A stretch of DNA of 64,000 nucleotides, from positions 64,001-128,000 of the forward strand of contig CAWHCF010000046.1 of assembly GCA_963827655.1 (NCBI GenBank), written 5' to 3'. The translations under genes and the position numbers were made by a program. Origin of the DNA: an uncultured Acidobacteriota bacterium (lineage in GTDB: Bacteria; Acidobacteriota; UBA6911). This document shows positions 51,324 through 60,934 of the stretch, piece after piece. Under the pieces are notes generated by a model, which made no database searches, was not told where the DNA came from, and worked only from the letters and a program-made list of their open reading frames with translations. How positions within the stretch are numbered: the stretch's first letter is position 1; each line of letters opens with the position of its first letter.

Positions 51324-52340
51324 TCAAGAAGTATTCCTGGCGTTCTTCGCGTCCTGGAGTCTTCGCCGTGGCCTTGGTTCTTGCGCGCCGGCACGAAGCC
51401 GCTGAAGCTCCGCGTAAGCATAAACGAGGGCAAGACCGCGGTAAGGCTTCCACGCTTCGGCGTAGTGGCGCATCTCCTTCTCGGTAGCCGGTTCCGGCCG
51501 CCGCAGTAATCCCTGAGCCAGGTATTTCACCACGCCGAGATCGCCTGCCGGGAACGCATCGATCCGGCCCAGACCTCGCAGCAGGACTGTTTCCGCGGTC
51601 CAGATTCCCACGCCCTTGATGGCAGTAAGGCGTTCGATGACGGCGTCATCCGTCAGTTTCGCCAGCGCGGTATCGGACAACTCCCCCTGGTTGAAGGCAT
51701 CGGCCAGCCGGACCAGCGTCTCCGCCTTTGCCTGCGAGAGGCGGAATTGTCTCAGCCGGTCCACTCCCGCGTCGACGATACGCTGTGGCGCCGGAAAGGC
51801 ATAGAAAGACTCACCGTTGAATCGGGCATGAAACCCGAGATGCATCGCGAGCTCCTGCCGGATTCCGTAAGCGAACGCGAGATTCACCTGCTGGCAGAGC
51901 ACCGTGCTGGCCAGCGCTTCCCATACATCCGGCCAACCCGCGATGCGCAATCCTCTGAAGGCGCGAATGGAGGAACCGAGTATCGGGTCGGCTTTGAGCG
52001 CGCGGTAAAAGGGGCGCACATCGCTTGCCGCACCCAGCGCGCGTTCGACTGCCTGGCGCGCTGCGGCGCGGACGGAGTCCGAATCGGATCTTTCGCCCGT
52101 GATCCGGATCTGCAGCGTAGCCCGAATCGGCGATCCGCTCTGCGTGACAGTCAGCAGCTGGGGCCGGTCATCGACGAGGAGCAGCCGGCGGTAGGTCGCC
52201 CCGTCGAAACGGTCGACCGCCTCAGGGAAGCGCCGGAACCGGCTCGCAGTGAGCGGCAGAGAGTAAGGCCGGAGTGGAACGATACTGAAACCCGAGTCTC
52301 CGGTGGTTTCGCGTGCTCGCGGTAAGGGCGTAAGGCTCAC
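51324..52340 (-). CDS. alkA: DNA-3-methyladenine glycosylase II (AlkA-like)
   Basis: LCQQVN, FPAP, HhH LTAIKGVGIWTA, AFPAGDLG, WKPYRG. Confidence 0.85.
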   Translation of the reverse strand: MSLTPLPRARETTGDSGFSIVPLRPYSLPLTASRFRRFPEAVDRFDGATYRRLLLVDDRPQLLTVTQSGSPIRATLQIRITGERSDSDSVRAAARQAVERALGAASDVRPFYRALKADPILGSSIRAFRGLRIAGWPDVWEALASTVLCQQVNLAFAYGIRQELAMHLGFHARFNGESFYAFPAPQRIVDAGVDRLRQFRLSQAKAETLVRLADAFNQGELSDTALAKLTDDAVIERLTAIKGVGIWTAETVLLRGLGRIDAFPAGDLGVVKYLAQGLLRRPEPATEKEMRHYAEAWKPYRGLALVYAYAELQRLRAGAQEPRPRRRLQDAKNARNTS

Positions 52341-53107
52341 ATTCCCATGATCTGGTAGCCGCAGTCGACATAGATCACCTGTCCCGTAATGGCGGCAGCA
52401 CTGTCGCTGGCCAGGAAGGTGCCGGTCGCGCCGAGCTCGTCGGGAAGGACATTTCGCTTGAGGGGAGCGTGAGCTTCGTAGTGTTTAAGCATATCGCTGA
52501 AGCCGGCGATGCCGCGGGCCGCCAGCGTATTTACCGGGCCGGCGCTGATGCAATTGACCCGAATTTTTTTCGGGCCGAGATCGTAGGCCAGATAGCGCGT
52601 GCAGGCTTCCAATGAAGCCTTGGCCACGCCCATCACGTTGTAGTGCGGCACCACCTTTTTCGAACCGTAGTAGGTCATCGCGACAATGCTGCCCCCATCC
52701 GTCATGAGCGGCGCTGCGCCGCGCGCCAGAGCGACGAGGGAATAAGCACTCACGTCGTGAGCGATCCGGAAGGATTCGCGCGACGTTCCCACGAAATTTC
52801 CTTCCATCGCCTCTCGCGGCGCGAAGGCAACCGAATGGAGCAGCAATTGCAGCTTGCCGAACTCCCGGCCTACTTCGGCGAACACTCGCTCAATTTCTTC
52901 ATCCTTTGTCACATCGCACGGCAGCAGTAGGGTTTGGGAGCCAAACGTTCCGACCAGCTCCTCTACGTTTTCTTTGAGGCGTTCGCCCTGGTAGGTGAAA
53001 GCCAGTTTGGCCCCTGCCTTGGCCCACGCTTGCGCGATGGCCCAGGCAATCGAGCGCTTGTTCGCTACACCAAAAACGATTCCAAGCTTGCCGTCTAGTA
53101 GAGACAT
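52337..53107 (-). CDS. fabI: Enoyl-ACP reductase
   Basis: GVANKRSIAWAIA, YNVMGVAKASLE, ISAGPVNTLAARGI. Confidence 0.95.
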   Translation of the reverse strand: MSLLDGKLGIVFGVANKRSIAWAIAQAWAKAGAKLAFTYQGERLKENVEELVGTFGSQTLLLPCDVTKDEEIERVFAEVGREFGKLQLLLHSVAFAPREAMEGNFVGTSRESFRIAHDVSAYSLVALARGAAPLMTDGGSIVAMTYYGSKKVVPHYNVMGVAKASLEACTRYLAYDLGPKKIRVNCISAGPVNTLAARGIAGFSDMLKHYEAHAPLKRNVLPDELGATGTFLASDSAAAITGQVIYVDCGYQIMGM

Positions 53108-53442
53108 AGGAGTCCATCAGCATAAGAACTTTGAATGTGAACTTCAATCAAAACAGTAGGCAGTAGGCAGCATGAATGACAAATGAGAAATGCAATGATC
53201 GATGACAAATGTTTATTTATTTGTGCATCAGTTGGTGCTGCGGGCCCGGGTTGCGCTCGCAGACGACGCGTTGGATGCCGAATCCCCCGCGCGCGCGAAC
53301 GTCATGCCCTCGGCGGTTCTTGAGAAGCAGCTGCCTCGGCTCGCCTGCCAGGATCGAACTTGACCTCGGAGTTGTTCCGGAATGTGCGCCACGCTCGTGC
53401 TACGATGAGCGCGCTCCTGCGACGACTTTTCAGAGAAAGACA

Positions 53443-53973
53443 TTGGATTTCGAAAAGGTTCTCATGACGATCGCCAAGTACTTCGAACGGGAAGGTGTGA
53501 AGTTTGCCGTCATCGGTGCATTCGCGCTTCACGCTTATGGCAGAAGTCGACTCACTCAGGATCTGGATTTCGTAACAGAAGCCGCTGGCCAGGCGGCACT
53601 CATTGCCTATCTTGAGTCGCTCGGGTATCAGACCCTTCATTGCTCGGAGGGTTATTCCAATCACCTGCACAGCGACTCGGCGATGGGACGCGTCGATTTT
53701 GTCTACGTGCGAGGTGAAACCCGGCGGAAAATCTTCGAAACTCAAGGAGCGACGCTCAAGCTGGGAAATCTTTCCGTACCGGTTCCGAGAGCCGAACATC
53801 TCGTGGCCATGAAGGTCCAGGCCATGAAGAACGATCCGTCGCGCACGCTTCAGGAACTGGCAGATATTGGCTTCCTCATCCATCTCCCCGGTATTGACCA
53901 AGAAGAGGTTCGGAAGTACTTTGAGGAGGGTGGGCTGCTGAACAGTTATGAAGAGATCCGGAAGCGAACCTGA
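53443..53973 (+). CDS. AbiEii/DUF6036-like nucleotidyltransferase
   Basis: TTG start; FAVIGAFALHAYGRSRLTQDLDF, LVAMKVQA...ELADI. Confidence 0.75.
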   Translation: MDFEKVLMTIAKYFEREGVKFAVIGAFALHAYGRSRLTQDLDFVTEAAGQAALIAYLESLGYQTLHCSEGYSNHLHSDSAMGRVDFVYVRGETRRKIFETQGATLKLGNLSVPVPRAEHLVAMKVQAMKNDPSRTLQELADIGFLIHLPGIDQEEVRKYFEEGGLLNSYEEIRKRT

Positions 53974-54172
53974 CCGGCTAGATCTCGAGCGAGACCTGCC
54001 AACGACGCCGGAAGATAACCTCGCACAGCGTCGATACCGCGATTTTCCTTCAATGGATCTGCAGAGCTATCTGCGATTCCTACGATCCTTCGATCCCCCC
54101 ACCCTGGAACACTTAGGTTCACGAAAAGGGCCCCGAGGGAAAGCGCCCTTCGTCCTTCCCCCGTCTGGTTAA
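53948..54172 (+). CDS. Small hypothetical protein overlapping the nucleotidyltransferase
   Basis: 74-aa ORF, 26-bp overlap with the upstream gene, LDLERDLPTTPED. Confidence 0.55.
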   Translation: MKRSGSEPDRLDLERDLPTTPEDNLAQRRYRDFPSMDLQSYLRFLRSFDPPTLEHLGSRKGPRGKAPFVLPPSG

Positions 54173-54194
54173 GCGGATCACCCTCCCGTCGGCC

Positions 54195-54390
54195 GCGTTC
54201 ATCTTCGCGAAGACCATCGACCTGGACACGTAAGAGCGCCAACGTGATCGATTGCGTGAGGAATTGACCCTTGTACAGATCGACCGACACACTTCAGAGC
54301 TGGAAGAACTCGACGTAGAAGGGATTCTCCCTGCCTTCAACTACTTCACGACGATTGAACCCTCAGGAACAAATTTGGTGGACCAAATCA
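54195..54390 (+). pseudogene. Possible C-terminal remnant of a large serine recombinase
   Basis: AFIFAKTIDLDT*ERQRDRLREELTLVQIDRHTSELEELDVEGIL with an internal stop, ending at TGGTGGACCA; family call is from recollection. Confidence 0.45.
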
Positions 54391-54547
54391 AGTCCATGGA
54401 CTACATTGGCACGAAAGCAAGGTTCATTGGAAAAGCGCAGAGTCAGCTCATAACCGAAGCCCTCAGCCGTTTAGACGCCTGTGTCAAGTGAAGCGATGTT
54501 CCTGGCCACTTGACGTATTCGCGGTGAGAGTGACCAAGGAATCAAAC

Positions 54548-55340
54548 ATGAATTCTATCTTCAGCCTTGCATGCGGTTTGATGCTGCTTGGAATCTCGTG
54601 GGCGGCCCAGGCGCCGCCGGAAAAGGAGATTCCTGAAAAGAATCCTTTCGACTCGGCGGCGGACGCGGCTGCAGGGCGGCAATACTTCATGGGACATTGC
54701 GCGCTGTGCCACGGGCCCGGAGGGCGAAGGCGGGCGCGGCATCAATCTGACCACGGGCCGTTACCGGATGGGCGGGTCCGACCGCGAGTTATTCCGGACC
54801 ATCCAGAAGGGAATCCCGGAGTCCGAGATGCCCGGCACCGGTCTGTCCGAGAACGAAATCTGGAGAATTGTGGCTTTCGTTCGCCGTCTTGCAACTGCCG
54901 GGGCGGAGGAGAAAGCGCCGGGAGATCCGGCAGCGGGCAAGCTGGTCTATGAAGGGAAAGGCATGTGCGTGCCCTGCCATGTCGTCGGTGATGGCGGCGG
55001 GCGCCTGGGACCGGAATTGAGTGAAGTCGGCCTGCGGCGCTCGCTGAAGTTCCTGCGCGAGTCCCTTACCAATCCTGCCGCCTATATAGCCGACAACCAT
55101 CGTACAGTGACCGTTCTCACCAAGACAGGTGAGCCCGTCACCGGCATAAAGCTCAATGAGGACGATTACTCAATCCAGGTCCGGGATATACGTGAGAACT
55201 TGCGCTCCTTTCTGAAGAGCGATCTGAAAGAAGTAAAACGCGAGGGCCGGTCGTTAATGCCCGCCTATGGATCGACCCTGTCGGCAGTGGAGATTGAGAA
55301 TGTGGTCGCCTACCTGAGCTCTTTGCGAGGAAAGAAGTGA
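54548..55340 (+). CDS. Di-heme c-type cytochrome (extra base near 54716)
   Basis: Signal peptide; CALCHG[P]EGEGGRG and CVPCH; paralog of 2128-2931. Confidence 0.85.
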
Positions 55341-56938
55341 TGAAACTGAAACCACTGGTCTTCTTAACCGTGGCTCTGCTGGCGGCCGCAGCCGCGTGGG
55401 CCGACGGACTCGTGAGTTACGAGCGCCTGTTGAAGGCGGACGACGAACCCGGCAATTGGCTCATGTACTCGGGCAACTACCGTAGCTACCGCTATAGCCG
55501 TCTCGATCAGATCAACGCCGGAAATGTCGATCGGCTGCGCCCGAAGTGGATATACCAGATGCGGACCACCCACAAGGTCGAGACCTCGCCCCTGGTAGTC
55601 GACGGGGTGATGTACCTGACCCGCCCTCCTAACGACGTGATCGCCCTCGACGCGGAAACCGGGCGGAGGTTGTGGAGTCACCAGTATAAGGTTCCGGAGA
55701 AGGTGATCGTCTGCTGCGGCCAGGTGAACCGTGGACTCGCGATTCTGGGGGACAGGCTCTTTATGGCCACGGTCGATGCCAAGCTGCTCGCCCTGGACGC
55801 CAAATCGGGGCGTTTGCTGTGGAAGACGGAGATCGCTGATTACAAGGGAGGCTACGGGGGCACCGTCGCGCCTCTGGTGGCGAAAGACAAAGTCATCCTG
55901 GGTCTTGCCGGAGGGGAGTACGGGGTGCGCGGGTTTATCGATGCGTATCACGCCGCCACGGGTGAACGGGCCTGGCGCTTCTATACAATTCCCGGACCGG
56001 ATGAGCCGAATTTCGGCACATGGGCAGGGGACTCCTGGAAGACCGGCGGGGCGACGGCCTGGGTTACGGGCGCTTTCGACCCGGACCTCAACCTCACCTA
56101 CTGGGGTACCGGAAACCCGGGCCCCGACTGGAATGGAGACGGACGCGCCGGCGATAATCTCTATTCCGACTCCATGCTCGCCCTTGACGTCGATACCGGG
56201 AAGTTGAAGTGGCATTTTCAGTATACGCCGCATGACGTACACGACTGGGATGCCACGCAAGTGCCGATCCTGCTCGATTCGGAGTTCAAGGGCCGCAAGC
56301 GGAAGCTCCTGGCTCACGCGAACCGCAACGGGTTCTTCTACCTGCTCGATCGCCAGACCGGCGAATACCTGATGGCCAAACCCTACGTCAAGCAGACCTG
56401 GGCCAAGGAGATCGACGCCCGGGGCCGGCCGGTGCGCCTGCCCGATACCTTCCCCAGCCTCGAAGGTACCGCGGTATGGCCGGGTATCAACGGCGGGATG
56501 AACTGGTTTTCCCCCAGCTACAGTCCCCGGACCGGGCTCTACTATGCTCCCTCCCAGGAAACCGGGAACGTGTATTTCAAAGCCGACGCGGAATACAAGC
56601 CGGGCGCCAGCTTTACCGGGGGCGGCGGCAAGCCGGTTCCGGGCTTTCAAGAGCATAGCGCCGTGCGTGCCATCGTGCCCGAGACCGGCGAGATCCGCTG
56701 GGAGCACAAGCTGGTCAGCCCGTCCTGGGCGGGCGTGCTCTCGACCGCCGGCAACGTCGTCTTCAGCGGCACGGTTGAAGGCAATTTCTTCGCGCTCGAT
56801 GCTGCGACGGGCAAGCATCTCTGGTATTTCCCGGCCGGAGGCATGATTTTTGCGAACCCGATCACGTATCTCAGCAAGGGAAAACAGTACGTAGCCATAG
56901 CGGCGGGTGACGTCCTGATCACCTTCGGCCTGGAGTAG
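55337..56938 (+). CDS. PQQ-dependent dehydrogenase, methanol/ethanol family, possibly lanthanide-dependent
   Basis: VCCGQVNRG, GGEYG, GTGNP, YTPHDVHDWDA, ANRNG. Confidence 0.92.
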   Translation: MMKLKPLVFLTVALLAAAAAWADGLVSYERLLKADDEPGNWLMYSGNYRSYRYSRLDQINAGNVDRLRPKWIYQMRTTHKVETSPLVVDGVMYLTRPPNDVIALDAETGRRLWSHQYKVPEKVIVCCGQVNRGLAILGDRLFMATVDAKLLALDAKSGRLLWKTEIADYKGGYGGTVAPLVAKDKVILGLAGGEYGVRGFIDAYHAATGERAWRFYTIPGPDEPNFGTWAGDSWKTGGATAWVTGAFDPDLNLTYWGTGNPGPDWNGDGRAGDNLYSDSMLALDVDTGKLKWHFQYTPHDVHDWDATQVPILLDSEFKGRKRKLLAHANRNGFFYLLDRQTGEYLMAKPYVKQTWAKEIDARGRPVRLPDTFPSLEGTAVWPGINGGMNWFSPSYSPRTGLYYAPSQETGNVYFKADAEYKPGASFTGGGGKPVPGFQEHSAVRAIVPETGEIRWEHKLVSPSWAGVLSTAGNVVFSGTVEGNFFALDAATGKHLWYFPAGGMIFANPITYLSKGKQYVAIAAGDVLITFGLE

Positions 56939-56955
56939 CTTCCTCCTCGAAACGA

Positions 56956-57038
56956 ATACCACTAGGGCACAAAGACACGAAGAAACACCAAGACCTGTAT
57001 TCTTAGTGTTTCTTCGTGTCTTCGCGTCTTCGTGGTAT
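56956..57038. repeat. 'Empty' inverted-repeat element: 38-bp arms, 7-nt loop
   Basis: ataccactagggcacaaagacacgaagaaacaccaaga-cctgtat-tcttagtgtttcttcgtgtcttcgcgtcttcgtggtat. Confidence 0.88.
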
Positions 57039-57173
57039 GTTGCCTCGAGGTGAACCCTGCGCCCCTCGCTTGCGTTAAGGGAATACGAGCCTGCGAAAGG
57101 TGATTGTCGACGCAAGGTAATAGCGTGCCCCGGATCCTCCGCGCGAGGAAGGCTTCACAATCAGGCGATAAAC

Positions 57174-57791
57174 TTGAGTGCCGTGGTCCTCTCTGTGAAT
57201 ACGCTTGAGTCCTCCTCAACCACCGAGGAACTGATGACCCAGGTTCAGCGAGGAGACATGACCGCGTACCAGGAGCTGATCCGGCGTTACCAGAGAAAGG
57301 TATTTCGCGTCATTAACGGCTATCACCGCGACCCGGAGGATGCCATGGAAGTCTTACAGGACACGTTCCTCAAAGTGTACATGGCGCGCCAGACCTGGGA
57401 ACGACGGACGTCCTTTCGCGCCTGGCTTTACCGGATCGCCATTAATGCTAGTATCGACAGGTACCGGCGGGGGGACAAGGGGAGAGTCTCGTCCCTGGAC
57501 GACGTCGCCGAATCTCAAGTGCAGAAATCCGCTACCCTGATGAAACCTGGTTCTGCTCTCGATCGGTTGAGAGACGGAGAGAGACGGCGAGTCATCGAAG
57601 AAGCAGTCCGGCGGCTGCCTGAACGACAGCGCCAGGTGGTGTCCTTGAGATATTTCGGAGAAATGCAGCTCGAAGAGATTGCCCACACACTGGGTTGCCC
57701 GCTGGGGACGGTTAAATCGAACCTGCACAAAGCGGTCCATAGCCTCAAGAACCTGCTATTAGACCAGAAGGAAGCGTTGAGTTATGAATAA
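57174..57791 (+). CDS. ECF RNA polymerase sigma factor
   Basis: EDAMEVLQDTF, WLYRIAIN, LPERQR...EIAHTLGCPLGTVKSNLHKA. Confidence 0.92.
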   Translation: MSAVVLSVNTLESSSTTEELMTQVQRGDMTAYQELIRRYQRKVFRVINGYHRDPEDAMEVLQDTFLKVYMARQTWERRTSFRAWLYRIAINASIDRYRRGDKGRVSSLDDVAESQVQKSATLMKPGSALDRLRDGERRRVIEEAVRRLPERQRQVVSLRYFGEMQLEEIAHTLGCPLGTVKSNLHKAVHSLKNLLLDQKEALSYE

Positions 57792-58545
57792 CTGTGAAAG
57801 CGTTGGTGACCTGCTGGTCCTCTATGCGGAAGGCGAATTGCCTCCGGAGGACAAACGGCGGGTAGACGATCACATCCGGGCTTGCCCCCTCTGCCGCGCT
57901 GAAGTCGCGAAGATCGATACCGTCACGTCCTGGTTGAAGGATCCGGACCTGTTCATGACTCATGACTATGCCTGGCATTCCCTGCCCCGGACACTGGCGG
58001 ATCGCGCCCGGGGGCTGCACACCCGCAATCCCTGGGTTCCTTCCAATATGCCCTCGCTGCTGTGGGCCGCCTGCGTTGCGGCTTCTCTGCTTCTGGGAAT
58101 CGGGCTGATCTGGATGTTGAATCGCCCTGCATCCGCTCCTCCGCCGCTGGCGCACCAGGCAGGTTCGGGCAATGCGGCCTTTCTCCGGCAAATCGAGTCG
58201 GTCCATGCGCGCGAGGCGACGGCGCGCTACCTGACCGAATGCGAAGTCTTGCTTCTCAACGTCGTCGGAGCAGAGAAGAACTGCGAAGGCGAAAAGCACG
58301 ATGTCTCTGCGGAGGTCACCCGTGCGCGGGAGTTGCTGCAACGCAAGCGCATTCTGGACGTGGAATTGCGCGCTCCCGAGGTGGCGCGGGCCAAAGATCT
58401 ATGCGACCAGCTGGAGACGTTCCTGGTCAATCTCTCGGTCTCGGAAAGATGCGAGAGTTCCGAGGGGTTGCATACCATGGAACGTTTTATTGAAAGGGAG
58501 CAGCTTCTGCTTCGAATCGATCTGCTGCAGGCAGAGCTCTCCTAG
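57784..58545 (+). CDS. zf-HC2 anti-sigma factor (single TM helix)
   Basis: HIRACPLC; TM segment WAACVAASLLLGIGLIWML; overlaps the sigma gene. Confidence 0.85.
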   Translation: MNNCESVGDLLVLYAEGELPPEDKRRVDDHIRACPLCRAEVAKIDTVTSWLKDPDLFMTHDYAWHSLPRTLADRARGLHTRNPWVPSNMPSLLWAACVAASLLLGIGLIWMLNRPASAPPPLAHQAGSGNAAFLRQIESVHAREATARYLTECEVLLLNVVGAEKNCEGEKHDVSAEVTRARELLQRKRILDVELRAPEVARAKDLCDQLETFLVNLSVSERCESSEGLHTMERFIEREQLLLRIDLLQAELS

Positions 58546-58555
58546 GAGTCTCATC

Positions 58556-59473
58556 ATGAATTCAGCATCCGTTATCCACCTCTTTTCCGGCCGCCATCCG
58601 ACACTGGCAGTGCGGCCAATGGTCGCGACTCTCGTGTTGCCCCTGGTTTTGCTTTCCTGCCTGCAGACGCGGGCCGAAGAAGCAGCACGAGACCAGGATC
58701 TGTTCAACCAGGGTAAGATCCTGATGTTCGACAAGAAATGGGAAGAGGCCCGCGCGGTCTTCCAGCGTGTCATCCGGGAGTTCCCGAAGAGTACTCTGGT
58801 TCCACAGGCGCATTATTTTGCCGCGCGTTCTTTCCAGCAGCAGGGAAAAGAAGAAGAAGCGGTGCGGGCCTACGATGAGTTCGTAAGCCGATATCCCGGT
58901 GAGTCCTACCTTTTGGCTGAAGCTCGGAACAGTGTCGTGGACCTCGCGGCGTCATTGATGGAGAAAGGAAACAGTTCGTACCGGGATCGTATTGTGGCAG
59001 CCCTGGGTGATCCCACCAGAGAAGTCCGCTATTTTGCGGCAATCCGGAGCAGCAGTCTGAATGATCGCGGCTTGACCTCGATGGCCATTCCCGTTTTGCG
59101 GCAAATCGTCAATAAGGAGAAAGAACGGGACCTGGTAGACCGGGCGAAGATTGCTTTGCTCCGCCTGGATCCCAACGCCCTCTCTCCACAGCGTGAATCG
59201 CCGGAGCGAGGAAAGAGCGAAGGCCAGGTCGACAGCAGGATGTTTCACATTCGGGTCTATTCGGACAATGCGACTGAACCGACTGTAGAAATCAACCTGC
59301 CTGTAAGTTTTGCCCAGCTGGCCATCATGGCTCTCGACGAATCGAAGAAGGAGGAGCTCCGGCGTAAAGGGTTTAACGTGGACGATTTCTGGGAGAGCAT
59401 AAAACGGCTGGGTCCTACCAAGATCATGGAGATTCGCGACGGCAAAGATCTGGTCAAGATTTGGATTGAGTGA
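58556..59473 (+). CDS. Secreted TPR (BamD/YfiO-like) plus HEAT-repeat protein
   Basis: FQRVIREFPKSTLVPQAHY, ALGDPTREVRYFAA. Confidence 0.75.
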   Translation: MNSASVIHLFSGRHPTLAVRPMVATLVLPLVLLSCLQTRAEEAARDQDLFNQGKILMFDKKWEEARAVFQRVIREFPKSTLVPQAHYFAARSFQQQGKEEEAVRAYDEFVSRYPGESYLLAEARNSVVDLAASLMEKGNSSYRDRIVAALGDPTREVRYFAAIRSSSLNDRGLTSMAIPVLRQIVNKEKERDLVDRAKIALLRLDPNALSPQRESPERGKSEGQVDSRMFHIRVYSDNATEPTVEINLPVSFAQLAIMALDESKKEELRRKGFNVDDFWESIKRLGPTKIMEIRDGKDLVKIWIE

Positions 59474-59572
59474 TACCACTGTTTGTGGTGTTGCTTGGGT
59501 CTTCGTGTCTCGGTGGTTAGAGAAACGTGATTTTGCGGAACCGGCGCTGAGCTGCGGGCGTCTAAGGACGGC

Positions 59573-60898
59573 ATGAGGGCAATTCTTGCGGGTTTGTTCT
59601 GCGCCGCCACGCTGCTCCTCGCGGCCCAGAAGAAAGTCTCGCCTCCACCCAAACCACCGGAGCGTCCTGCCGAGAGCTGGCCCATATGGGGCGGGCCGCG
59701 CCACAACTTCATCTCGACTTCGACCGGGCTGGCGAATGCATGGCCCAAAGAGGGGCCCACGCGTGTGTGGAGCCGCCCGCTCGGCGATGGCTACTCCCCA
59801 ATCGCCGAGGAAAACGGCGTGCTGTTCACCGGGTATCGCCGAGGATCGAAAGACGTGGTGATCGCGCTAAATGCGGCGACCGGCAGCACCGTCTGGGAAT
59901 ACGAGTACGACGCGCCTTTCCGCAACAGCTATTCCGAGGGCGTGGGACCCGGGCCGTATGCGATGCCGCAGGTCATCGGAGATCGCGTCGTCACGGCGAG
60001 CGGCGCAGGAAAGATCCACTCGCTCGACAAGAAGACAGGTAAACCCGTGTGGTCGCACGACCTGTACACAGAGTTTGCGGCCAACCGGCTGCCATTCGGC
60101 TACTCCTGCCACGGTCTGCCGTACAAAGACACCCTGATCTACCTGGCCGGGGGCGACGCGCCCTGGTTCGGATTCGGTCAAGGCGCCGCGGTCATCGCGT
60201 TTCGTCAGAGCGACGGCGCCGTGGTCTGGAAGAATCAGGGTTTCAAGAACGCGCACTCATCGCCGCTCCTGATCAACGTGGACGGTCAGCCGCAGGTAGT
60301 CGCGTTGCTGGCGGACCAGGTGATCGGGTTCAGTCCCGATAACGGCGAGCTGCTCTGGAAGCACTCGCATCCTACCCAGCACGGCCTTGCCGTCGCCACG
60401 CCGATCGCGGCCGCCGGAAACCTGGTGTTCATTTCCTCGGCTTACAGCGGCGGAGCCCGGGTATTGCAGCTCGCCCGGAGCGGCAGTGGGACTACAGTGA
60501 AAGAGCTGTGGCATAACCCGCGAGTTCAGCTCCATTTCGGCACCGCGATACTCATTGGCGACTACATTTATCTGTCGAGCGGCCACTCCGGGCCTGCCTT
60601 TATCACCGCCGTGGAACTCCGGACCGGGCGGATCGCCTGGCAGGCCCGCGATTTCGCCAAGGCGCAGCTCCTCTACGCCGATGGGAAGTTGATCATCCTC
60701 GATGAAGACGGCAACCTTGGTCTCGCCAGCGCAACACCCGAGCGTTTTCAGGTGCTCTCTCGCCTTTCGCTTCTGAATCGCATCTCATGGACTCCTCCCA
60801 CGCTGGTCGGGAGCCGCCTCTATGTGCGTGACCGAGCCAACATGATGGCACTCGAGCTTGGCGCGTTGCCGCCTGCGTTGCCCCCTAAGCAAAAGTAA
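59573..60898 (+). CDS. PQQ-binding-like (BamB-type) beta-propeller protein
   Basis: Signal peptide; WPIWGGP, ALNAATG..VW, HSSPLL, WTPPTLVGSRLYVRD. Confidence 0.88.
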   Translation: MRAILAGLFCAATLLLAAQKKVSPPPKPPERPAESWPIWGGPRHNFISTSTGLANAWPKEGPTRVWSRPLGDGYSPIAEENGVLFTGYRRGSKDVVIALNAATGSTVWEYEYDAPFRNSYSEGVGPGPYAMPQVIGDRVVTASGAGKIHSLDKKTGKPVWSHDLYTEFAANRLPFGYSCHGLPYKDTLIYLAGGDAPWFGFGQGAAVIAFRQSDGAVVWKNQGFKNAHSSPLLINVDGQPQVVALLADQVIGFSPDNGELLWKHSHPTQHGLAVATPIAAAGNLVFISSAYSGGARVLQLARSGSGTTVKELWHNPRVQLHFGTAILIGDYIYLSSGHSGPAFITAVELRTGRIAWQARDFAKAQLLYADGKLIILDEDGNLGLASATPERFQVLSRLSLLNRISWTPPTLVGSRLYVRDRANMMALELGALPPALPPKQK

Positions 60899-60934
60899 AC
60901 CGGATCATCCCTCTTTCACTGCTTGAGAAGTTTA

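Noticed and set aside
54700-54730. Programmed frameshifting in split genes (cytochrome c, DUF1549, GT-C, glycoside hydrolase, TolC)
   Set aside because: The single-base indels are scattered over unrelated genes, for example the extra C in gggcccgg, with no slippery heptamers. Sequencing error explains them better.
55364-57115. Long antisense or alternative-frame ORFs (also 14435-15982, 20123-21460, 40593-41717, 50141-51433, 61252-62319)
   Set aside because: They are shadows of well-supported genes in high-GC DNA and carry no motifs.
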